DNA of 64,000 nucleotides, taken from positions 1,810,845 to 1,874,844 of the forward strand of contig NC_069004.1 of the NCBI RefSeq assembly GCF_001194135.2, read 5' to 3'. This DNA is from Octopus bimaculoides (lineage: Eukaryota). A model generated the notes under the pieces. The model was given only the letters and a program-made list of their open reading frames with translations, made no database searches and had not been told where the DNA came from. Numbering within the stretch: position 1 is the first letter of the stretch; every line of letters begins with the position of its first letter. A program made the translations under genes and the position numbers. Below are positions 52,295 to 64,000 of the stretch, one piece after another.

Positions 52295-52630
52295 AATAAA
52301 ACTAATCTCGATGTCTTAATTTTATGATTATGTGTGTGTGTGTGTGTATAAGAAAATGGATAAAATTTTACATACAGACGTTTTTATTTAAAGACATTAA
52401 AATTCATCCATAGAATTTCCTACCTACGGCTGTTTCCATACCCAATTCTTTAATTTCAGAAATAAAATTCCTTATTTGAAACCAGTAAATTGGGTATCCC
52501 CTCGGGGAGAATTTCAAAAGGAATTTATTTAACGTGTCGGCTAACCTATGACAAACTCAGAAGTGTTTGTTTTTTTCTCAACGCAAGCGTTCCGTAGAAA
52601 TTGTCATTGCCAGGTATATACAAAAATAAA
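52295..52630 (+). terminator. UBE4A 3'UTR polyadenylation signals (AATAAA at 52295, 52461, 52625)
   Basis: Three AATAAA hexamers downstream of the stop codon, before repeat sequence resumes. Confidence 0.45.
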
Positions 52631-52759
52631 CACATTCAATACATCCTTGCTCGTACCAATACGATACACAATAGTTCATTGATGGTATTATGACAGTTAA
52701 GAGACAAAAAATGGTAGATAAAACTAGTGAATAGGTGAGAACATTCATAGCAAATTCAA

Positions 52760-53620
52760 CAATGAATTTGGTATGAAGGTAGAAGTCTGTTAAGGCTCAA
52801 TCGTCTTCCCTTTCATAAAAGAGTTCAAGAATGCCTGTTTGTGGGAATTCCTATATGCTGGTGATCTACTTCTGAGAGCTGAATCCATAGGAGAATTGGA
52901 GAAGAAATTCCAAAAGTGGAAACAAAACCTAGCATCAAGGGGCCTTGAAGTAAACTTCTGTCTAAGAAGACAGGACCCTGGTACCATCAAGGAAATGGCT
53001 TTGTTAGATATGCAGTACCCCATATACTGTACTTGTGGAAGCATGTGGTTTAGTGGTTAGGGTGATGGACTCATAATCACAAGATTGTGGTTTCGATCCC
53101 TGGACCAGGTGATGCATTGTGTTCTTGAACAAAACACTTCATTTCACGTTGCTCCAGTCCACTCAGCTGGCAAAAATGAGTAATCCTGTGAAGGACCAGG
53201 TGGCGAATATATAAACACTAGAGAAACCAGGAAACTGGCCCTTTATGAGCTGGGATGACTGGAGAAGGTATTTTTACCTTTTTTTTTATATGCTGTACTC
53301 AATGGAAGCTATGAAAATACAAGTGATGGAGTAGAATCACAGGTAGACAAGCTGAGAGTGCAGGTTTTGCATGTGACAGATAAACTGGAGCAATGAATAA
53401 CACTTAGAGTGTGTCAGAACTAGATTCCCTGAAATGCTGAGATGGCTTGGTAGAACTTCCGTTACCTAGGTGACATAATTAACAGTGAAGGGGGCTATTC
53501 CAAAAGTATAGCAGCTAAAGTACAAACAGGTTGGAAAAAGTTCAGGGAGTTATTACCTCTGCTGGCAACAAAGCCCTTCTTCAGAATGAAGGGCAGATAG
53601 TATAATAGGGAGCACCGCAG
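52760..53620 (+). mobile_element. RTE-clade RT remnant split by a SINE
   Basis: LWEFLYAGDLLLRAESIGELEKKFQKWKQNLASRGLEVN (52839-52955) and FRYLGDII...GWKKFRELLPLLATK (~53455-53575) either side of a SINE at 53037-53275. Confidence 0.7.
53037..53275 (+). mobile_element. Family A SINE inserted in an RTE remnant
   Basis: Head 'gtggtttagtggttaggg...gtttcgatccc', CORE-like block, tail as 23985. Confidence 0.75.
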
Positions 53621-55863
53621 AAATGGTAAATGGTTTACAGCACAAAAGAAATCACTTTAAACTTGCTAAAACAATATTCGGGATACCTTATCTCTACTCA
53701 GTATAGAAGCAAATGTTATGTAAGATCAAATTTTGAGGATCTGATCAAAGACTTTGTAATGGAAAAGTAGAAAACTTTTCAAATAAAAATAAAATGGGAG
53801 AATAGAAAAATAAACATTATTTTCCATCTGACAGTTTTGTTTCATTTTGAAAACTAAAAATTTATTATATAGTTTATTTTTGTTCATATTTTGAATTACA
53901 TATATATGGGGGCGGGGTATATATGATATGCTTGAGAAGACCTGTTGAGTCACGTAAAACAAAAATCTTAACTGTGGCCAGTGTCCCCTGACTGGCTCCC
54001 ATGCCAGTGGCATGTAAAATGCACCATCCGAATGTGGTTGATGCCAGCGCCTCCTGACTGGCTCCCATGTCGGCCTGTAAAAAGCACCATCCAAATGTGG
54101 TTGTTGCCAGTGTCCCCCTGACTGGCATGAGGGAATTTGCCTCAACAAATTCCGTCTGACCCATGCAAGCACGGAAAAGTGAACGTTAAAACAATGACGA
54201 TGACGGTGGTGGAGACACACACACAGACACATTCCACGGTGAAAACAAGCGCGTGGTTTGATGTCCCAGGCCTCACCAGATGCCACCACATGCAATATAT
54301 ACCAATATGTACTTAGTCCGTAAATCTGTTTGTCGTACAGTTTTCACCTCGTTAGCCCCAAACAGAAACTGTCACATGGCGATCGATACTAACTTACACG
54401 TAGTTCACAGCCACAACTTAAAGTAATCTTAGCTTTTCTGGTAAGTAAAACTTTTTTCTTTAGTGAGGGGGGGGAATGCTACGATAGTAGTTGCAAGATG
54501 ATGGGAGCACTGGGAACACACGAAGTAGTGTTGCTGGCTTTTTGTTATTTGATAAATGAGAGGGGGGAAAAAAAAGGCACGAAATGATTCTGATGGGACG
54601 ATGCCTTGCTACTGATAACGGGCGGTTGATGAGGTCAGGAGGACCTCTCAAAGGTGGTGATGGTTTTTAAAAAATGATTTCGGTGATAGAAATTTCTGTT
54701 AACTGCGGTTTTAAGGGATTTTTCCAAGGCAATGTAAAGCTGTAAAGAATCCGTCGGGAAATCTATCAATCGAAGCAGATCTGCAGTTTAGCGTCGCACT
54801 GATTTCTTTCATCATAACTTTGTTAAAAGTGCATATTTTTAATGAGGTAACAAAGTTGGAAGGGAGAAGAGGGATACCAAATTGTAGTTATGCCTCGACC
54901 AAAATACTGTAAAGAATTTCTTTTCAGACAAGAATATTTCCTTAAGACAAGAAAGTGAGAAAATTATTACATTAATATCTTCCTACGTGCATGAGATACT
55001 TAAAATGCAGTAATTTAGAATGTTTTCGAAAATGGGTTCTACACGCCATATTATGTAAATAATTGTTTCTAAGACAAACCTAACCCCAATCCTAAGGTAT
55101 TTGTTTAACCAAAACATTCTTACATTTTCCGACAATATCAGAGGATAAATTTACGAACCTTTACGTTCTCAATTAAAATCCCGCCAACATCAGCATTTTT
55201 CTTTCATTCATTCTTGTGCAATTCTTTCTTCAGGCACTGCCTGTAAGGAAACATCGGCACACAGGACAGTTGCCCGGCAGGGAGGGAAGGCTTATTGGGT
55301 TATAAACAAGGCTCTTCCCGGGCCGTTGAAATAAAATACCAGTCAAGTCCTGGAATTCGATTAAATGTTCCTATAAGGCATCGCAGAGGTGAATAGAGTT
55401 ATAATAGAAGAAAGGAATGTAATGAAAAATGAAATTTATTTCTTCATTGACTTCAGCTGTTGTTTAGTTTCACCTCTGTCCCTGGTCCAGTAGACATGTG
55501 ACGAAATTCGTTCAAGCGGTGATTAACCCAACTTTTATTGATTTACTCTGTTTTGTTTCAAATATAGTGTTTTCTATGGCTGCAATTATTGAATATATTC
55601 TTCTCCTTCCCCCCGCTTTCTTTTTTTTTTTTTTTCCAAGACGATACGTTTTGATTTGAGGAGTATTTGGTGTCATTTTCTAGCAAACCTAACCACCGCG
55701 TAGTGTCTTCCTCGATGAATTCAGATATTTTGATGGAGGGGTTGGGATATTTAATTTCTTACATCTTTAAGAAATTAAATTGGACTATAATGAAAACATC
55801 TAGGAAGTTCATTCTTTATAGTTGTGTAAATAGGGACACATGGAAGTATAAAAAAATATGTCG

Positions 55864-56384
55864 NNNNNNNNNNNNNNNNNNNNNNNNNNNNNNNNNNNNN
55901 NNNNNNNNNNNNNNNNNNNNNNNNNNNNNNNNNNNNNNNNNNNNNNNNNNNNNNNNNNNNNNNNNNNNNNNNNNNNNNNNNNNNNNNNNNNNNNNNNNNN
56001 NNNNNNNNNNNNNNNNNNNNNNNNNNNNNNNNNNNNNNNNNNNNNNNNNNNNNNNNNNNNNNNNNNNNNNNNNNNNNNNNNNNNNNNNNNNNNNNNNNNN
56101 NNNNNNNNNNNNNNNNNNNNNNNNNNNNNNNNNNNNNNNNNNNNNNNNNNNNNNNNNNNNNNNNNNNNNNNNNNNNNNNNNNNNNNNNNNNNNNNNNNNN
56201 NNNNNNNNNNNNNNNNNNNNNNNNNNNNNNNNNNNNNNNNNNNNNNNNNNNNNNNNNNNNNNNNNNNNNNNNNNNNNNNNNNNNNNNNNNNNNNNNNNNN
56301 NNNNNNNNNNNNNNNNNNNNNNNNNNNNNNNNNNNNNNNNNNNNNNNNNNNNNNNNNNNNNNNNNNNNNNNNNNNNNNNNNNNN
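55864..56384. other. Assembly gap (N run)
   Basis: Direct read. Confidence 0.99.
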
Positions 56385-56890
56385 GGAAGTCGAATACATA
56401 GACCCCAGTGATCAGCTGGTACTTATTTTATCGACCTCGAAAGGATAAAAGGGTAAGTCAACCCCGGCAGAATTTTAACTCAGAGCATAAAGACGGACGA
56501 AATGTCACTAAGCATTTCTCCCGGCGTGCAAACGGTTCTGCCACCTTAATAATCCTTTCTACTGGAAGCACAAGGCCTCAAATTTGAGGGGAAAGATTAA
56601 GTCGATGACCTCGACCCCAGTGCGTAATTGGTACTTAATTTATCGACGCCAGTACGTAACTGGTACTTAATTTATCGACCCCCAAAAGGATGAAAGGCAA
56701 AGTCGACCCCGGCGGCATAATGCTACCTTAATAATAACCAGAGCAATAATGATAATAGTTTCAAGTTTTGTCACAAGGGCAGCCGTTTTGGCGGTGGGAG
56801 AGGGGATGAGTCGATTACATCGACCCCAGTGTTTAACTGGTACTTATTTTATCAACCCCGAAAGGATGAAAGGCAACGTCAACCTCAGCA
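56385..56890 (-). mobile_element. Three tandem family C SINEs
   Basis: Three 'ctggtactta.ttt.atc.acc..gaaaggat.aaagg' blocks; the middle copy has an internal ~31-bp duplication. Confidence 0.75.
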
Positions 56891-57100
56891 ATAATAATAA
56901 TAATAATGATGATGATGATGATGGTGATGATAATCCACATGCTCATATTTATGTATTTCCCTAGGCTTATCTTTAGGTACTCCAATGTATTTCCCTAGAC
57001 AAACTTCAGGCTCCCAATGCTAACATCTTTCGCCAGTCTAACCTTGAGATGCTCTACACCAACATATATTTACTTAGAAAAACTTAAGGTACCCCCCCCC

Positions 57101-57157
57101 NNNNNNNNNNNNNNNNNNNNNNNNNNNNNNNNNNNNNNNNNNNNNNNNNNNNNNNNN
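57101..57157. other. Assembly gap (N run)
   Basis: Direct read. Confidence 0.99.
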
Positions 57158-57540
57158 CCCTTGTGGACAATAAAGAAATAAGATACGTTAACACGCCGGT
57201 CGAAATGCTTAGCAGTATTTCGTCTGTCTTTACGTTCTGAGTTCAAATTCCGCCGAGGTCGACTTTGCCTTTCATCCTTTCGGGGTCGATTAAATAAGTA
57301 CCAGTTACGCACTGGGGTCGATGTAATCGACTTTATCCGTTCGTCTGTTCTTGTTTGTTCCCTCTATGTTTAGCCCCTTGTGGACAATAAAGAAATAAGA
57401 TACGTTAACACGCCGGTCGAAATGCTTAGCAGTATTTCGTCTGTCTTTACGTTCTGAGTTCAAATTCCGCCGAGGTCGACTTTGACTTTCATCCTTTCGG
57501 GGTCGATAAATTAAGTACCAGTTGCGTACTGGGTCGATGT
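57158..57540 (+). mobile_element. Two head-to-tail family C SINE units (217-bp period)
   Basis: 'cccttgtggacaataaagaaataagatacgttaacacgccggtcg...' at 57158 and 57375. Confidence 0.8.
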
Positions 57541-57885
57541 GCTTCTTTCAGTTTCCGTCTACTAAATCCACTCACAAGGCTTCAGTCAGACTAAGACTAC
57601 AGTAGAAGACACTTGCCCAAGGTGCCAAACAGTGGGACTGAACTCAGAACCATGTGGTTGGGAAGCAAGCTTCTTACCACACAGCCATGCCTAGCTCAAA
57701 ATTTATTGGGAGTTAGCTTATCCACTCAGTTTTTATTGTAAATATTTTTTATGTTTTTCAGATGAAGGCTTGACACGTCCCTAACCAAAGAGGAGCAGAT
57801 CTTTTCCAAACTTAGTTATGAAAAACTATACAATGGCTTTTGAAGAACTCAAGTTTCTGATAGGAACTTCAGAAGGTTTGTCACT

Positions 57886-58424
57886 TTATTGTTATTATTA
57901 TATATTGTCTTTGCTCACCTTCTAACACTGGAGATGTACTACACCATCCGGAGTATTTGGGCGGTTCCAAACAGTGTTGTTTTCTGCAAGTGCTCCATCC
58001 ATATTGCAGCCCCTATTTGTTCCTCGTATTTCTCGAGATTCTTACTCACTGTTCCCAGGGCTCCAATAATTATTGGTACTACTACCACCTTTTTCAGTGA
58101 CCACTACTGCTTAACCTCCCAAGCTAACCTGTCATATCTCTCGACTTTTCTTTCTTCCTTATCGCATACCTTGTTGTCAGCTGGGCAGGCTATATCTATG
58201 ATCCAGCATAGTTTACTTTCTTTCTCAATTAAGACTATGTCTGGCTTCCTATTCTCTATCTCATGGTCACACTGAATCATAAAATCCCATGGAATCTTTG
58301 CATTTCTATTTTTGACGATGCCTTCAGGTTTGTGGTCATACCAATTTTTTGCTCTATCAAGTCCATACTTGTTGCAAAGTGTCCAATGGACAAGCCTGGC
58401 TATAAGAGACGCCACGACAATATA
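57886..58424 (-). mobile_element. 5'-truncated R4/Dong-clade non-LTR retrotransposon (restriction-like endonuclease domain)
   Basis: Minus-strand ARLVHWTLC...WDFMIQCDHEIENRKPDIVLI...IIDIACPAD...KYxRL then (in-frame TAG) VVPIIIGALGTV...LQKTTLFGTAQILRMV*. PD-D RLE motif; (TAA)n-like tail at ~57886-57900. Confidence 0.85.
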
Positions 58425-58645
58425 TATGTACCTATATATAAATATATATTTGTGTGTCTGTATGACAGGTTTTCACACAATTAGGCTACCAAATTCACTC
58501 ACAAAGCATTGATCTATCCAGGGCTATAGTAGAAGACATTTGCTCTTGGTGATGTGCAATGGGATTGAAACTGAAGCCATATGGTTCCAAAACAACCTTC
58601 TTAACCACACAGCCATGCCATACGTTATATTATTTATTGTAATTT

Positions 58646-58679
<34 letters not shown>

Positions 58680-59599
58680 CCTAGCTTCCCTTATTTGGAA
58701 AATCTACTATTCTGGCATCTAGCATCTCTGGCTGCTCCCTTGCTTACTGAGTCAGTGAGATTTTTAACCGACACTACCACCACACCACTCTACCACCACC
58801 ACCACTACTACTGGTGAGGTGTGTAGATGACCTGGTGAATAAATAGCCTTACATACTACAATACTTACGTAGCTTTCACATTCTGCTCGACGTAACATAA
58901 AAAAATTCTAAACGATCGCTCAACCTGCTAGAAATAGCAGTCAAATTTCCCTTCGATCATACCTTATTGTCTTTAGGAAAAGTGCATTGGTGGGAGGGGG
59001 AGAAAGACACAATGAATAATGTAAACCCAGAGACAATGTGTCTAAAACAAAATCGGAATGGCTTTCAACATAGTGTATATTCGATCTTGGCTGACCTGTG
59101 GTTAAACAACAATATAACAACCAAGTTGTCTGTCTGTCTGTCTGTCTGTCTTTACTAAACTTGGCAACTTACTAAAGAGAAAAAGAATGTAGTGAGTTTA
59201 CTTAGGTGTGGCAGAGTAGGAGGGGCAACAAGTTGTCTATGAGTGGCAGGAGAAGTGATCGATGTCCAAGAAACGGAGAGGAACTGGTTGTGTGATGGAG
59301 GTATGTTGGAACAGCATGTTCCGTATTTAGGTAGATGAAAGGAAAACAAAACAACTGGAGTTCGATGTTTAGTCACTGGCTCACCCTGATCGATCGACCG
59401 AGCAAGATCTGTGGTCATATACATCGTTTCAAGTCATAACCATCTCGTCCATTTTAGGGGTCATTGTACTACTACATTATGTAACATATCCCCGAGTAGT
59501 TTGTGTGTGTGTGTGTGATTTGAGGGAGATTTGGTCAGTTATTTCTAGTCGGTTGCTCCATTCCAGATAAGTTGGTATGCCTCGAAGAAGAGAAGTGAA

Positions 59600-60754
59600 T
59601 ACTTGACGATTCAGACTCCTTCATCATCACCACCACCATCTCCACTACTACTTATACTACCGATAGATCCTCAGTTATATATATAAATATTGCTGTTGTT
59701 GCTATGAACAGTGGTGCTGTCAGGCACATATTAACAGCCTCGCTTTTACCAATACCATCTCTATTATTATATCTTTTGTTGCTATTATTGTTACTTCTTC
59801 GAGAGTCTGTATCTAGCCCCATTGACATTCGAATTCAGTGAGCGAGTAATAACTCTAAAAGTACTACAGCTTCTGGTGGTGGCAGTACGACCGACACCAC
59901 CACCACCATCGGTAGCAACTTCAACGTTATCACTGATTGTATTGCGACCATCATCACAACCACCACCACCACCGCCGCCGCCGTCACCACTATAGTTACC
60001 GCTCCCAGCTTCAGTAACACCACGGCCAACCACACCATCATCATCACTGTTAGAGCGCCATGGCACGACTAGTTACTGCTGCCTTTGATGTTACCAACTA
60101 CCACCACTACAAGCGCGCTTATCATCAGCTGCTGAGAGATCTGGAATACAACTAGAGTTACCTACACTCACACTGAGAGGGAGAAAGAGAGTGGGAGTGG
60201 AAGAAAGAGTGTCTACTCGGCTGCTGCATCTAACCAGCCATCGAAGAAGCCGAGCAAGGCAACCAACCATCCTACTGAACCACCCGTTTATGAGCAGAGT
60301 GCTGCTGTACAAGCGTGAAAGTGCTTCCAGTCGATTGTCCCACCACGACGAGAGGGCATGGCCTGGTATCGCTGGGCGGAAGGTGACACTTCAACACACC
60401 ACCAGCCCCAGCAGCACCATCAGAGCCCTAAGCAACAACATTATCATCAACACCATACTCATCACCGCTATAGAGCTTGCGGCTCGTTTTCAGATGAACG
60501 AATGCATTACTTCGAAAATATCGACAAAAACACCGATCGCTATCACAGTCATTGTCTCCATCATAACAATCACTTTTGGCACCCACGGCGACCTCCGTTA
60601 AAGGGAACTCTAGTACTGTTCCCACCTTCGTGGGATACCCTAACACAATGCTGGAAAGAACTATCTGCTCTCGGATTCGGTCTTTCGTCTAGGAAACGCT
60701 TGATTCTCTACTTCGTGTTCAGAGGGACCAGCTTTCGAGTGTGTTTAGGCGATG
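59600..60754 (+). other. Putative first exon region of an unidentified + strand gene
   Basis: CpG-rich, SINE-free, trinucleotide-rich ~1.15 kb ending in a consensus donor GATG|gtaagt (60754/60755). ORF 60358-60754 (His/Gln-rich) is open to the donor; alternatively the exon ends in an initiator ATG. No homology recognised. Confidence 0.35.
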
Positions 60755-61041
60755 GTAAGTTACTCCTGTTTTCTTTCCCCTCGTTCAAAACTATCGCCAA
60801 TCGTGTGGATGTCAATTCCAGGATTTCCCTACAGTTTGTCTCACCTTACCAAACCATTTCGTTTGTATAATTCACCTTGGTTTGCTACGCTAACCTTGTC
60901 ATAAATTAACTCGGAATATCGAAAACTGGTCTTCCGGTTATTCTTGTATACAATATATACATATACGCATTTTATAATAAACACACTTTATCCTCACAAA
61001 CATTTCTATCCGCACACACACATATATGTATGCATATACGG

Positions 61042-61077
<36 letters not shown>

Positions 61078-62215
61078 GTCCAAGGATGCAACTGCATTAA
61101 AATGCAATTAATAAACACATGCGCGTGGGCGTGCGCACATTCACACATTCAATTTGTATATGGTTCTACCGATTTCTAATACAAACACATACAGCTATGT
61201 TGATATGGATTTTCTGCCTATATTGTGTATCTGTGGTGAGGGAGGTCATTCTTTGAGAATGAACGACAGCGTTGGAGATAGCAAAAATAAATTGTATGTG
61301 TGTATATTTATGTTAATGTATGTGCTTAGAGTGGAGCGAGCAACTAGTGTATGCGTGCGCGTGCGTATGATCAATAACAGTTGATATAAAAAAATTCTAC
61401 TTTTTCAATGAGCATGAAAGAGTTTATATATTGTACGAGTCTATATATTGTGCATACGTATATTGTGTATAGACGTGCATGGATAGCGTGTATATATGTG
61501 CATAGAGTGTAAGTGTGGATATATATGCATGTCGATGAAGACTGACTTGTGCACGCGCCAATGTGTCATTGCGTGCAACTGTTTAAGATGACTGAATGGT
61601 GTTATACAGTTGTCATTGAGATTTAGCTCCAAATCATCGTTGGTCGGACAGATCTAGAATCGAAAGCGTTCTGGTCGTGACCATCACATCCACAATTTCA
61701 CTTCATTGTTCAGTGGTATATATGATTGTGTGTGATGTATGTATGCTTCTGTGTGACGATATCGTTTAGCTCCGGATCGGTTTTGATCGAGCAAGACTCA
61801 TGATCAAAAGTATGCTAGCCGTGACCACCACTTCTTTTTCGTATGTGCAGGGAACCCACATTCCCATTGTACACTATCTGTTTTTTCTTTTCTTTTTTAA
61901 GGAACGCGGTTTGATTTGAGTGAGATTCGACTGTTATCTGTAGCTGATGGAACGATCACATATGAGATACCTCACTGGATCGAGACGTGTGTGGTTGTGG
62001 TGAGTGATGTGTGAAAGAGAAAACGGTGGGTGAGGAAAATACCTCGGGTATTCTTAGAGTTATCTCCCTTGCTTGTCTTAGATTTTAACACCCTCGAGGG
62101 AGTTTTCATCTATTAAATGCAAAGACAATCACAATAAATTGAAGTTTACAGACGTGAAACTCTACCGTCTGTATGCGTATATTTAACAACCACCATATAC
62201 ATATATATGTGTGTG

Positions 62216-62261
<46 letters not shown>

Positions 62262-62734
62262 TGATATTATATACATAGTGTAATTTAGACTTTAAACTGT
62301 TGAATAAATTAACCAGTATTTAAAACTTTACGTGCATATACATTCGTGTAGTGTAATTCTATCGTTTGTTACTAAATCTGGATTTGAGTGTTACACAGAG
62401 TACACGCAAAGAATAAAACAAAACATTGAAATTGCTTCGAAGATGTTTAGTTACAACATCTTAAAAGTGTTTCATTAACGTAGTTGATTATTGATGCCAT
62501 AAGGCAAATTACATAATCAACGTTTACTGTCAAATCATCAGAGACATGTAACTATTATATGTGATATTATTGGATTGAAAAGATGACAGTATTCACCATC
62601 ATGAGGCTGGCTCATGAGTCACTGTTGTGAACCTGTTTCTACAATAGGGAATGTTTTTATCTTTTTGTTCTGATAATATTTTGTATAACATTTACACATC
62701 TCTAATGATTAGACTATAAGTGTTGACTATATAA

Positions 62735-62798
<64 letters not shown>

Positions 62799-63189
62799 CA
62801 TGCATACATATGTGTGTGTGTGTGTGTACACAACACAATTACACTGGTCTTACATAGTTGAATTGAATAAATATGAACATACATATGCTCACTCTATACA
62901 CATATACACACACACACACACACACAGAGAAAGTATTCTTTTCTACTCTTGGCATAAGGACCAAAATTTGTGGGCAGGGGGTGCCAGTCGTTTAGATTGA
63001 CCTCCAGTATGCAACTGGTACTTAATTATCAACCCCGAAAGGATGAAAGGCAAAGTCGACCTCAGCAAAATTTGAACTCAGAACATAAAGACGGATGAAA
63101 GTATTCTAAAAGTTTAGAATCCCTCCATAATGCTATAACTACAAGAGAAGAATTCTTTATATTTTTTGTTGTCTTTTTAACAAATACTT

Positions 63190-63470
63190 TTATTTTGTTC
63201 AACCGAAGTCACCATTAACTTCTGTGAGCTCTTCATATCTTTTGCACAGCTACTCAATGATGTTTCATTAGAACTGTATATCCTGCTCAATCAACCATGC
63301 TATTCTGTAACCAACCAGAATCCTTCATCACAGGAAAAGAATTTCCTGCCCTTCAAATTGTGTTTCAAATCTGGAAACAGTTGAAAACTACAGGGAGCAA
63401 AGGTCTGGGGAAATAAGCTGGATAAAACTTATACTCAGCTCTTTTGAAAGCTGAGCTGTGTTAGCAGGTA
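63190..63470 (-). mobile_element. Mariner transposase C-terminal remnant
   Basis: Minus strand SPDL/APCSFQLFPDLKHNLKGRKF...CDE and LCKRYEELTEVNGDF, matching mariner YSPDLAP-DF-LF--LK--L-G--F and KRW--C----GDY with frameshifts. Confidence 0.7.
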
Positions 63471-63935
63471 CATTGAAAGGAAGAAGTAAATAAATGACTG
63501 TCAACATTCCACAGCATTGTGTTTTGATACAGGTTTGCAATCAGTGTAGCAAATCAGCATAATAGACACTTGTGATTGTTGTCTTGAGTGCCAGGTTGTC
63601 AATTAACAGAACACTCGCAGAATCATAGGAGATTGCGCACGCGATTTGTTTACACTAGGTTAAAAATCTTGGTTAGCAGGGAATCTATTTTCTTTTTTTA
63701 TTTCAGGTTCATGGAAGTGGTTGTGGATCTATGTCCTATCTTTGCCTATTTATTGCTAATTGAACAGTTCCCACTTCTCCTACATGAATCTTAGATTTTC
63801 ATCAAAACATAGTTCCCTACACTCTTTCATTGTTGGAACCTGTATTCTTAGCCCTTGAAAGGCAGACACTTTTCGCAGGCATATATATATAGAGAGATAG
63901 ACAGACATAGATAAATAGATAGACAGATAGATAGA

Positions 63936-63976
<41 letters not shown>

Positions 63977-64000
63977 TAGGCACAGGAGTGGCTGTGTGCT

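Noticed and set aside
59791-60066. Gly/Asp-rich minus-strand ORF
   Set aside because: Complement of (ACC)/(ATC) repeats; flanked by stops in all minus frames with no convincing splice sites.
59839-60318. Selenocysteine read-through of the in-frame TGAs
   Set aside because: One of the stops is TAG, no SECIS was recognised, and the peptide has no redox motif.

Overview
Eukaryotic, intron-rich, repeat-dense DNA. The SINE/LINE families and microsatellite load suggest a coleoid cephalopod, probably Octopus (inference). There are five assembly gaps. Two protein-coding genes can be reconstructed by hand on the + strand. (1) A CD164/endolyn-like sialomucin: signal-peptide exon 11920-12022, a 15.7-kb intron, then a mucin+TM+NYHTL exon 27773-28146; 158 aa. 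(2) A complete UBE4A (U-box E4 ubiquitin ligase): 17 coding exons, 37310-52285, 3111 nt, 1036 aa, all GT-AG with consistent phases. A CpG-rich segment at ~59.6-60.75 kb ending at a strong donor probably starts a third, unidentified + strand gene. The rest is tRNA-derived SINEs, RTE/CR1/R4 LINE fragments, a Penelope-like terminus, mariner and hAT remnants, MITEs and simple repeats. No rRNA, true tRNA gene or CRISPR array was seen. I did not find a clearly new multi-gene system. The best leads are: a minimal hammerhead-ribozyme fold upstream of the CD164 promoter; a splice donor overlapping the CD164 stop codon that could extend the lysosomal NYHTL tail; a clean 24-bp microinversion at the 5' end of an R4-type LINE; a 116-bp GG-ended MITE with an 8-bp TSD; a uORF overlapping the UBE4A start (ATGA); and a signal-peptide/mucin frame broken only by TGA/TAG stops. 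All were read by eye; no searches were run, and repeat boundaries are approximate.
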